The notes under the pieces are model-generated. The model was not told where the DNA came from and ran no database searches. It saw only the letters and a program-made list of their open reading frames with translations. Made by a program: the position numbers and the translations under genes. This document shows positions 49,548 to 59,617 of a stretch of 64,000 nt of DNA, one piece after another; position 1 is the first letter of the stretch; every line of letters starts with the position of its first letter. Source of the DNA: Nemertoderma westbladi. Lineage: Eukaryota; Animalia; Xenacoelomorpha. The stretch is taken from contig JAUCBJ010008603.1 in assembly GCA_032718475.1 (NCBI GenBank), positions 1 to 64,000 of the forward strand, given 5' to 3'.

Positions 49548-52500
49548 ATGAGTGAGTCGGGCGAGACACCACCGCGGACCCCGGACGAAGACCTAACGAT
49601 CCGCGAGGCCGCGACCAAACGATACAGGCCCACGACGCCGGAGCCATCGATAACGGGCGAACCGGAAGCACAGGACGAGGAGGGCCTGGAACCCGAAGTC
49701 GAGCCAAGAGAGAAAGAGAGCGAGACGGAGGGAGAAGGAGATGAGTCAACACGGGACGGAGGACGGCGCGCCGATGTCGCCGGCCAGCTACCGGCCGAGG
49801 GCGACGAGCGGCCCACCGAACCGGTGGGGCCGACGGTGCGACGCCGGACGCGAAGAGATGGAGGAGAGATTGGTACCGATGTCGCCGGCCAGCTACAGGC
49901 CGAGGGCGACGGACGGCCCACCGGAACGGCGACGGTGGAGCCGCCGGTACGACGTCGGACCCAGAGGGACGGAGGAGAGGTCGGCGACGAGGACGTCGGG
50001 GTTTCTGAGCGACTTCGACGGGCCTACAACGCGACCCGGAAGCTGATAAACGACGCCAAGAAGGAAGGGGCGAAGGTAGACGAGGTGAGACTGAGAAAGC
50101 GACTAGGTGAGTCGGATAGACACTTAAATTACCTGATACGTTTTGGGCAGAGAGAACTAGCCGGGGAGAGAGCAAAGGGAATTGCAGGCGAACTGTTTGA
50201 ACTATGGGAGTGTGGGTGTATGGGACCTAGCATAGCGTCAGTGTACATAGGGCCATACTTAATCGATGCCCGGGGAGTAAAACCGGTGGGTTGGAGGGGA
50301 CTCGAAGGGGGCGAATCCGAGGTTAACACCGAGGATTCGGCCTCGTCGGTCGGAGAAAGCTCCGGGAAGCGGGGGAAAGTTAGTAGGTCGGGAAGGCGGG
50401 GGAAGTCCGTCGTAACCGATAAGTCTGTTACATCCTCCGCGAAAGAAAGAGCGGTGAGGAAAATAGGAGCCGCATACCGTCTCAGCATGGCAGAGCAAGG
50501 TCAGAGAGAAATGAAGGAACGGCTAGAGGAGGGAAGAGTGCGGTTAGAGAGGGAAACGGTATTGCTTAGAGAAACCGGAGAAAGGGCCGAAAGGGCTTTG
50601 AAAAGCCTAAGGGAGTATGATGAGATAGAGGAAAGGGAGTGTAGGGAGCGTGAAGCGAGAGAGGAAAGGGAACGCAGAGAGCGTGAGGCAAGGGAGGACG
50701 AGGAACGCAAGGAACGTGAGGCAAAAGGGGAAGAGGAACGCAAGGAACGTGAGGCAAAAAGGGAAAAGGAACGCAAGGAATATGAGACGAGAAAGGAAAA
50801 GGAACGCAAAGAGCGTGAGGCGAGACGAAGGGAGAGCATTAAGAGTGCCGCAGACTCGGCCATCAAGGACACCCAGGAGCGTGAGGGGAAAATGGCAGAG
50901 AGTGAAAAAGAGCGCAAGGAATTAGAGAAACGGCAGAGTGAGTTTGCGGGAAATATAATTAGAGGGGAGCACGAGTTGGAATACGTGCGAGCGACGCCGT
51001 CTGAAACCGGGGCCGGCTCGAGTATTTTTGAGGAGCCGAGGGCCGTAGATATATTTATTAATACTCCACTGACAGGGACCGCACGACAGACCCAAAACTG
51101 GTGCGACCGTACGGGCGGGGGGGGGTAATAATAATGGTACAGTAGACGTTGTTGATATTAATAGTACCGTATGGGATAACGCTAATCAAACCTTTATTAC
51201 AGGAAATACTTTGCCTAGTGGTAGTAATTTAAATTTAAATCAGAACAATCCCAGTGTTAATGTAGAAAATAATCCTAATATTGATGTAGTTACGCAAAAT
51301 AATTCAAATAATCAAAATAATAACTCGAATTCGGACCTACAAAATAACTTAAATAACGCAATTACACAGAATAATTCGAATAATTCAAATAATGATCTTA
51401 GCCCGAGTTTACAAAATAATTCAGATAACGTAGTCGCGCAGAATAATACAAATGATTTTGTTTCAAATGAGCAAATTAATTCCGTTTCCAATATGGGTGC
51501 TATTAATGTAAACACGTCGGGCCTACGTAACCAGGGAGCAGAGGGCCTGGTAGGCCACGTAGTTAGTAGACAGGGAGCAGAGGGCCTGGTAGGCCACGTA
51601 GTTAGTAGACAGGGAGCAGAGGGCCTGGTAGGCCACGTAGTTAGTAGACAGGGAGCAGAGGGCCTGGTAGGCCGCGTGGTTGGTAGGCAGGGAGTAGAGG
51701 GCCTGGAAGGCCACGCAATAGCAGAGGGAGAGGCGGGGGTGAACAGACCCGACTGTGGTAGGGTTGATCTGTCGACTAGAGAGATATATAGTGGCGGGGC
51801 GAGAGGTAGCGAAGTAGAATGTAGCGGGTGGGGGGGGGGCTACAAGGGCCCCACAACAGAGAGTTAGCGGCGAGAGGGGGGGGGGCAGAGAGTGTCCCAC
51901 AGCCGTCAGCGGACAATGCGAGGGCCGAACAAGGTAAACCGCAACAACCGGCGACGGAAAGTAATAGGGGGATTGCGAGTATCCCCAGCGACGTGCGATC
52001 GAGCAGAGAAAGGCAGGTTGACGTCGCGGGAGGGCAGACGGAGCGTCGAGCCCGATCAGAGGAGGAAAGAAGAACAGTGGGGTTTAACCGGGAGGTCGAC
52101 GAGAGATCTCGTGAGCGGGAATACTCCACTGATAGGAGAAGAGAGGAAGACAGTAGTAGAAGTATCGCCGCAAACGATAGAAGAGCGAGGACGGACAGCG
52201 AGCCGTCGGTAGTCGAGATGAGAACGGAGAGTCAGTGGGGTCGGACTCCGGGAGATTGCCGTCGCCCCGGAGGGATGCGATCCGGTGAGACGCATTACAC
52301 GCCGAGAGAGGGGTACGCGATGTACCGGTACGAAGATGAAAACAGTGGAGAGGGGGGTCGAAGAGAAACTTTCCGACGGAATATACCTACCGATCGAGAA
52401 TACGGTAGCCGCGGGGAGGATTATTCGAGAAGAATAAACTTCAATCCCGAGCAACACATGCAGACTGTAGGGCATACTGTAGGTCTTACTGCACATACCG

Positions 52501-52826
52501 TAGGCCATACTGAGAGAGGCAATGTAGGCGATAGGATAGCGCGGACAACGGGATTAAACCCGGAAGTCGCGGAATACATACCGGCGAGTAGGCCAGAAGC
52601 TGATAGGCCTATACCGGTACCAGCACAGCAGTATGACTACAGCATGCAGGGACATAACATATACCCAGGGGAGGGGGGAATTATTGCGGATAGGTGTATG
52701 GGCCCCAACATATTAACATCAACCCCAGTACCAGACATACCGGTGGGGGGGGGGGACAGGGTGACATTCCCCCATCACAATATCAACAATATACCCCGAC
52801 AGGAACAAGAACAACGAGACCCCTAG
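49548..52826 (+). CDS. Long low-complexity 5' coding region of the BEL element (ORFs 49548-51128, ~51124-51867, 51828-52826), probably the N-terminal extension of gag-pol broken at G homopolymers
   Basis: Three overlapping open frames (E/R coiled-coil, Asn-rich, 13-aa repeats); each frame switch coincides with a G9-G11 run. Confidence 0.55.
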
Positions 52827-55800
52827 ATGAAAACAGGTCGTGTGATACAGACATATGGAGGGGGCCGCTACCCCCGATGACATATCCGAGTCAGAGAAGA
52901 TCAAGAAATAGGACGGACGAACCGCACCAGACAGGGGAAACTATACAGCACCCGTCGAATCCATTAGAAGCGCAGGCAATGGGGATGGCCACGTTGATCG
53001 ATGCGTTGAAAACGAGGATCGAATTACCACCCGTGGAACCGTTCAAATTCGATGGGAGCAGGCCGGAAGAATACTTACAGTTTCGGCGAATGTATAGTAA
53101 CGAAATACTAACAAAAAACTTGACGCAGGCGGAGTGCCTAAAGTATCTACAAGTATACACGGGAGGCCCAGCATACGACATCGTGAGGCAATATCAGGGA
53201 ATAGAGGGCGGCTTCACGACAGCATGGCGGGCACTGGATAGGGAATACGGGCACCCGGCCAAGATCATCAGGCAAACGCTGAGAGGCATAACATCGGGTG
53301 GCCTACAGGATAATCCCGTTAGCATTAAGACGTTTGCTAACAAAGTCGAGAAGGCGCTGATCGTGCTGAAGACGCTAGACGCGCCATACGAGCTCAACGC
53401 GTCCAATAACATCACCACGATAGCGCAGGCACTACCGAGCTGGCTGCGCAACAAATGGAGGAAGATCGCTTTCTCCACCCGAGACAAGAAGGGTGCGGAA
53501 CCAGGTTTAGAAGAAATGTCAAACTTCTTAAATTACGAGGCTGAACTAATAACTGACCCAGTCTATAGCGAAGACAGCCTGGGAAAGGGACCAAAGACAG
53601 ACTACCATAGACCAAAGCCAGAGCACAACACATCGAACGCATTACCGAGACTCAGGCAATCATTGCCGTATGCAGCGACGCAGGGGACTGCAAGTCCACA
53701 GACAAACGAAGATAAGACAACATCAAGGGACGGACAGGGGAACAATAACAACATGAATAAACATAACCCCAGTACGTCCAGTAGGCCAAACCCAGTCAAT
53801 AAGAATAGTAGGGACTTTGGTACGAATATAACTGCGATACGCAATGCATTGTATAAAGAGGGCTACGACCCAAAGAGCAAATGCCAGTTACACGCAAATG
53901 CGCTTCATAAAACTATGAATTGCAGGTACTGGCAGGCGCTACCGAGGCAAGACCAGATAGATTACGCGTCGAGCAATAAAATCTGCTCGCGATGTGTGAA
54001 GAGTGGACACAAGGCCAGGGAATGCCAAGAGAAGCCGGTCAAGTTTGGCCAAAGGAGAGGCCAGACGATGGCAACGAGCACAGTAGGGGCGAAGAAGAGA
54101 GGAACAGTGCTACTTGGAGTAGTACCAGTACGAGTGATCGGGGAAGGCAATCGATCAGTAACAACACTAATGCTGGTTGATAGTGGAGCTGCCTTCACAT
54201 TAGTTGAGGAATGGGTAGCCGAAGAAATAGGGTTGAGAACGAGGCCAAGCAGGATGGCGGTGACAACCATCTCTAGCAAAGACGAGATCCTAGAGATGAG
54301 GACAGGACGGTGCGCAATTGCAGCAGTGGCACCAGGATGCGATTATGGGGCAACCATCGACCCCATCCAAGTAATAGAGTCAATTAACATCAATGCCAGG
54401 CGGCCAACCAACATCGAGGTCGAGCAATACAAATTCCTGGACAACATTGACTTCTCAATCCCAGACGTGGACGTTGGGAAGGTATCCATCATAGTAGGCA
54501 TGGACTGCCCAACGGCCCACGAGAGAATGCAAACGGTCTTCGGCGAAGACAAGCAGAGCGACCCGGTGGCCATATTAACGCCATTCGGGTGGACGCTGAG
54601 TGGTCCAATTAAGAGCAAGATACCATTCAGGATGTCGGAGACATCAGGATGCATGTTCGCGGGAACAATGCAGGAAATGGGTGACGAGGGAGCAGAGGAG
54701 CAGCTTAAAAGACTGCTCAGACAAGACTTCGAGGGACTGAAAGAGACCGGGGTCGGGACCTCGGTAGAAGACAAGCAGGCTCTACAAAGTGTGGAGGAAT
54801 CGATGACGTGTGATGAGGGGCGGTATACAATAGGAATGGTATGGAAACTACCGAAGATACCGCTACCCGATAATAGAGGGATGGTACTCACGAGACTCCG
54901 CAAGCTGAAACAAACACTACAACGGAGCCCCGAGAAGAACGAGTACATTCACAAAACGATCAAGAAGTACGTCGAGAAGGGATGGGCCGTGGAGTTACCG
55001 GTCGACGAACCGAACACGGACAGGACATACTACCTGCCACTCCACGTAGCTTTAGACCCAAAGAAAGGTAAACTTAGGATGGTAGTCGATGCATCGGCAA
55101 AGACCGACGGAAAGTGCTTAAACGATTACCTACTAGAGGGCCCAAACATATACAATTCGGGCATAGAAGTACTACTTAGATTTAGGAATGGGAAACACGC
55201 CTTCACGTGTGACATAGAAGGCATGTTCAACCAAGTCCGAGTAACAGAGGAAGATAGCGATAGTCAACGCTTCTTATGGTATAACGGCGAAGAAGAACCG
55301 CCTATAATACCGGCATATAAGATGGTAGTACAAAACATGGGGGCCAAGTCGTCCTCATTTACGACGACTATGGCAGTGAGAGACACGGTAAAAGGGAAGG
55401 AAGATAGATATAGCAGTAGGGCCGTCGATATGATCAGACGCGGCTTCTACGTAGACGACGGTATGGAGTCTGGAAATACGGTTGAGGAGATACTGGAAAC
55501 AGGGCGCGAGGTTCGCGACATCCTGAAAGGATCCGGCTTCAACCTGACCAAATTCCAATCCAGTTCAGAAGAATTCATCAAGGAAATAGAAGACAAGAAA
55601 CCAGAATCGACCATGGACAACCCTACAACAGCCAAAGGACAGGACATGGCGATTAAGAGAACGGAATCCCAGCAGAAGGCATTGGGAATCGTGTGGGATA
55701 GGAAAACAGACGAACTGAAGTATCAGCTGAGCCAGGAGGGCGCGGACACCCATACGAAGAGGGGTTATGTATCGTATATAGCAAGGATATACGATCCCCT

Positions 55801-58084
55801 AGGCCTAGCATCCCCACTACTAATCACGGGGAAACAGATACTCAAGAGAGTATATAAATTGAAGGATGAGTGGGATGTAGAGGTACCAGAGGACATCAAG
55901 AAACAGTGGAGCAAATGGACAGGGGACTTGGAGAGGATGGGAACATACAACATGCCGCGAGTGTATTTTCCGGACGGGAACATGACGAGTCTGGACTTAC
56001 ATATGTTCTCCGACGCGTCGTTAGAGGCATACGGAGCGGCACTCTATTTGGTACAGCGGGAGGGGCCTCACAAGCCCAGACTAGCCTTTAGCAAAGCTAA
56101 GTCAACGCCGCCAGATTCAGCATCTGTTCCCAAGCTAGAATTGACAGCTGCGAGACTAGGAGTTAGAGCCACAGCCTACCTAGTGGATACAATTCCCAAC
56201 ATAGTGGAGACACACTACTGGACGGACTCCATGGTAGTGCTTGGTTGGCTACACAACGAAAAGACGAGATACCCGATATTCGTCGCGAATAGAGTGGACG
56301 AAATAAGGGCGAGCACAGAACTGGAAAGGTGGCACTACTGCCCAACAGATGAGAACCCAGCGGACTTGCTGTCGAGGGGCGTGGAACGCCACACTTTCCT
56401 GAAGAAGGAAGTATTGTGGCAACATGGGCCACAATTTCTGAGCGATAGAGAGGCCTGGCCGCCGATGAAGAAGGTGGACCCGGGCTCGGAACCAGTATCA
56501 GAAGGAGAGGGAGATTCAGAGGGAGAAGAGATATACTCCCAGATGGTGAGGGAGATTAGGGACGTGCAACCAGGAAGGGAACTGTGCGATAACCCGACGG
56601 ATAAACTCCTCAGCTACAGTTCTAGTTGGTATAAGACCAAGAAACTAGTGGCGTACTGGAGAGCCTTTGGGAATTTCCTTGCGGGAGTCGGCAAGGACAA
56701 GAAGACCAGGACAACCATAGATCTGGAAGGAGCGGCCAAGGCAGTGATCCGCTATGAACAACGCAAGAACTACGGCGACGAGGTGGAACGTGTCGGTAAC
56801 CAACAGCACCTCCGACGGGATAGCGAGTTGATCACGCTGTCGCCACAACTCAACAAGGATGGGATCCTAGTAATGAATTCTAGGGTGGGATATAACAACA
56901 GTATAGTCGTGCCACCGAAACCCATCATCATTCCCACAGGATCGCCTATAGTCCACCAGATCATATGGGACTCCCACAAATCGATACTGCATGGGGGCAC
57001 CAACCGAACCCTCACAGAGATAAGAAGGACCTATTGGGTCAAACAATTAAGGAAAAAGGTGAAAGCGGTAGTGGGGCAGTGCCAGACCTGCCGACGAGCG
57101 AAGAAGGAGCGAGCCGTACAGGAGATGGCGCCACTACCGGCGAGTAGGGTAAGACAGCACGACCCGCCATTTACGCATTGCGGTGTGGACATGTTCGGGC
57201 CGATAAAGATCAAAGTGATGCGACACACGGAGAAACGTTACGGCATTATCTTCGTATGCAACAATACGCGGGCGGTGGGGATAGAACTCGCCCAAGATGC
57301 AACCGCATCAGCGTTCATTAACGCCTTAGAAAGGTTTAGGGACCGCAAGGGTGGGACGATCGCAGTGATATACAGCGACAACGGCACCAACTTTGTGGGC
57401 GCAGAGAGTGAGATGGCAGAGGCCTTGGACATCTTAGAAGGAGAAGAAGTCAGGGCGGCCATGAGAAGACGACAAGTAAAGTGGGAGAGAAGGACGCCGT
57501 ATGCACCACATACACTAGGATGCGTCGAGAGATTGGTGGGCAGTTCAAAGCGTCTAATGACGAAGTTAATGAACACCCACATGGTCACTGAGGACGTTTT
57601 ACGAACAGTACTTGCGAAGTGCGAGGGGATCATTAATAGCAGACCGCTATATCCGGAGAATGATGACCCTGAGTCATTAGACGTGTTGACGCCTAGCCAT
57701 TTTCTAATGGAAAGGCCAGCGACCATCGATATGCGGGGTGTAGACCCAGATGACATACATTCCCGCCAGAGTTGGAAAGTCGCTAAAGCAATAAGCGCAG
57801 AGTATTGGAGGAGGTGGGTAGAAGAATACCTACCCACGCTCCATAAGCGAAGCAAGTGGAGGAAGCCAAACAGGGAGTTAAGAGAGGGAGATCTCGTAAT
57901 CGTCACGGATGATACTATCATCAACAACCAATGGCGGTTGGCGAGAGTTGTAGGCACCTACTCCAACGAGGACGGAAGAGTCCGATCGGTAGAAGTGCGG
58001 ATAGGTGGAAAGATAGGTGCGAAGGACAGAAAAACCTACAGGAGAGCGGTAGGTAAATGCTGTCTCTTAGAAGGAGCACCTTAG
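52694..58084 (+). CDS. BEL/Pao gag-pol polyprotein
   Basis: Gag-like PFKFDG..YLQF, CSRC..H..C knuckle; protease LVDSGA; RT DIEGMFNQV..YVDDG; RNase H HMFSDAS..WTDS..NPADLLSRG; integrase H..H..CQTC, GVDMFGP, SDNGTNF, VERLV; C-terminal W..EYLPTL..GDLV..W.LARV domain. Confidence 0.97.
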   Translation: MYGPQHININPSTRHTGGGGGQGDIPPSQYQQYTPTGTRTTRPLDENRSCDTDIWRGPLPPMTYPSQRRSRNRTDEPHQTGETIQHPSNPLEAQAMGMATLIDALKTRIELPPVEPFKFDGSRPEEYLQFRRMYSNEILTKNLTQAECLKYLQVYTGGPAYDIVRQYQGIEGGFTTAWRALDREYGHPAKIIRQTLRGITSGGLQDNPVSIKTFANKVEKALIVLKTLDAPYELNASNNITTIAQALPSWLRNKWRKIAFSTRDKKGAEPGLEEMSNFLNYEAELITDPVYSEDSLGKGPKTDYHRPKPEHNTSNALPRLRQSLPYAATQGTASPQTNEDKTTSRDGQGNNNNMNKHNPSTSSRPNPVNKNSRDFGTNITAIRNALYKEGYDPKSKCQLHANALHKTMNCRYWQALPRQDQIDYASSNKICSRCVKSGHKARECQEKPVKFGQRRGQTMATSTVGAKKRGTVLLGVVPVRVIGEGNRSVTTLMLVDSGAAFTLVEEWVAEEIGLRTRPSRMAVTTISSKDEILEMRTGRCAIAAVAPGCDYGATIDPIQVIESININARRPTNIEVEQYKFLDNIDFSIPDVDVGKVSIIVGMDCPTAHERMQTVFGEDKQSDPVAILTPFGWTLSGPIKSKIPFRMSETSGCMFAGTMQEMGDEGAEEQLKRLLRQDFEGLKETGVGTSVEDKQALQSVEESMTCDEGRYTIGMVWKLPKIPLPDNRGMVLTRLRKLKQTLQRSPEKNEYIHKTIKKYVEKGWAVELPVDEPNTDRTYYLPLHVALDPKKGKLRMVVDASAKTDGKCLNDYLLEGPNIYNSGIEVLLRFRNGKHAFTCDIEGMFNQVRVTEEDSDSQRFLWYNGEEEPPIIPAYKMVVQNMGAKSSSFTTTMAVRDTVKGKEDRYSSRAVDMIRRGFYVDDGMESGNTVEEILETGREVRDILKGSGFNLTKFQSSSEEFIKEIEDKKPESTMDNPTTAKGQDMAIKRTESQQKALGIVWDRKTDELKYQLSQEGADTHTKRGYVSYIARIYDPLGLASPLLITGKQILKRVYKLKDEWDVEVPEDIKKQWSKWTGDLERMGTYNMPRVYFPDGNMTSLDLHMFSDASLEAYGAALYLVQREGPHKPRLAFSKAKSTPPDSASVPKLELTAARLGVRATAYLVDTIPNIVETHYWTDSMVVLGWLHNEKTRYPIFVANRVDEIRASTELERWHYCPTDENPADLLSRGVERHTFLKKEVLWQHGPQFLSDREAWPPMKKVDPGSEPVSEGEGDSEGEEIYSQMVREIRDVQPGRELCDNPTDKLLSYSSSWYKTKKLVAYWRAFGNFLAGVGKDKKTRTTIDLEGAAKAVIRYEQRKNYGDEVERVGNQQHLRRDSELITLSPQLNKDGILVMNSRVGYNNSIVVPPKPIIIPTGSPIVHQIIWDSHKSILHGGTNRTLTEIRRTYWVKQLRKKVKAVVGQCQTCRRAKKERAVQEMAPLPASRVRQHDPPFTHCGVDMFGPIKIKVMRHTEKRYGIIFVCNNTRAVGIELAQDATASAFINALERFRDRKGGTIAVIYSDNGTNFVGAESEMAEALDILEGEEVRAAMRRRQVKWERRTPYAPHTLGCVERLVGSSKRLMTKLMNTHMVTEDVLRTVLAKCEGIINSRPLYPENDDPESLDVLTPSHFLMERPATIDMRGVDPDDIHSRQSWKVAKAISAEYWRRWVEEYLPTLHKRSKWRKPNRELREGDLVIVTDDTIINNQWRLARVVGTYSNEDGRVRSVEVRIGGKIGAKDRKTYRRAVGKCCLLEGAP

Positions 58085-58197
58085 AGCGGAGTTAGAGTGG
58101 AGTTTAGTCGTCCAAGTTTTGGACTGAGGGGGGTGGGATTGAGGGCGAGACGCCCTTCCCACACAAATAAAAATAAAATAAAATAAAAAAAATAATA

Positions 58198-59112
58198 GTT
58201 AATTAGTTAGTAGGTACGTAGTACCTAGAGTTAGTTAGTTAGTAGGTACGTAGTGCCTAGAGTTAGTTAGTTAGTAGGTACGTAGTGCCTAGAGTTAGTT
58301 AGTCAGTAGGTACGTAGTACCTAGAGTTAGTTAGTTAGTAGGTACGTAGTGCCTAGAGTTAGTTAGTTAGTAGGTACGTAGTACCTAGAGTTAGAGAGTT
58401 AGTAGGTACGTAGTACCTAGAGTTAGTTAGTTAGTAGGTACGTAGTACCTAGAGTTAGAGGGTTAGTAGGTACGTAGTACCTAGAGTTAGTTAGTTAGTA
58501 GGTACGTAGTACCTAGAGTTAGAGGGTTAGTAGGTACGTAGTACCGATAGTTAGAGAGTTAGTAGGTACGTAGTACCTAGTTAGAGTTAGAGTTAGAGGG
58601 TACGTAGTACCGATAGTTAGAGAGTTAGTAGGTACGTAGTACCAATAGTTAGTTAGTTAGAGGGTACGTAGTACCGATAGTTAGAGAGTTAGTAGGTACG
58701 TAGTACCTAGTTAGAGTTAGAGTCAGAGGGTACGTAGTACCGATAGTTAGAGAGTTAGTAGGTGCGTAGTACCTAGTTAGAGTTAGAGTTAGAGGGTACG
58801 TAGTACCGATAGTTAGAGAGTTAGAGGGTACGTAGTACCAATAGTTAGTTAGAGTTAGAGGGTACGTAGTACCGATAGTTAGAGAGTTAGTAGGTACGTA
58901 GTACCTAGTTAGAGTTAGAGTTAGAGGGTACGTAGTACCAATAGTTAGTTAGTTAGAGGGTACGTAGTACCGATAGTTAGAGAGTTAGTAGGTACGTAGT
59001 ACCTAGTTAGAGTTAGAGTTAGAGGGTACGTAGTACCAATAGTTAGTTAGAGTTAGTAGGTACGTAGTACCTAGTTAGAGTTAGAGTTAGTAGGTACGTA
59101 GTACCATTAGTT
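58198..59112 (+). repeat. Internal ~36-42-bp tandem array of TAGGTAC-GTA-GTACCTA hairpin units within the retrotransposon
   Basis: About 24 copies of GGTACGTAGTACC separated by (GTTA/GAGTTA)n spacers. Confidence 0.92.
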
Positions 59113-59617
59113 AGAGAGAGAGAGTGAGAGATAAAAGGGGTAAATAGGATATAGATATTAGTTAGCAGTAAGCAGAGTTAGTAGCGAGAGGGGGGCATAT
59201 GAGTACAGCTGGATAAATCGTGTGGCCACACGACGCATACTGCTGTACTGCATAGGCCCACTGAGTAGGCCAGAATATGGATCAGAGAGAGAATAGAATA
59301 AATCCATAGGCAGTAGTAAGTAGTAGGACAGTAGAATCAAAGCAAAATAAATAAATAAATAGAATAGGGCAAAAATCGGAAAATAGTGGTAACACAAGGA
59401 AAGTCGTTCTAGAACATAATAAAAGTAACGGACAGAAATTGTAAATTAGGCTGATTTACTAGCTCCGAAATTAATTAGATTAAATTAAGCTTGAAAGGCG
59501 CAGTTAAGTAGAAAAGTAGGCCATTATCGAACTGTACGAAACATCTTAATACATCACTCATCTGTATTGCGCCTTGGTAAGGCACCACTCTACAGGTGAG
59601 CGAGTGTAGTGTTCGGA

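Noticed and set aside
58198-59112. CRISPR-like appearance (palindromic repeat plus spacers near a nuclease ORF)
   Set aside because: Spacers are short reiterated GTTA/GAG motifs rather than unique sequences; there are no cas genes and the context is a eukaryotic retrotransposon.
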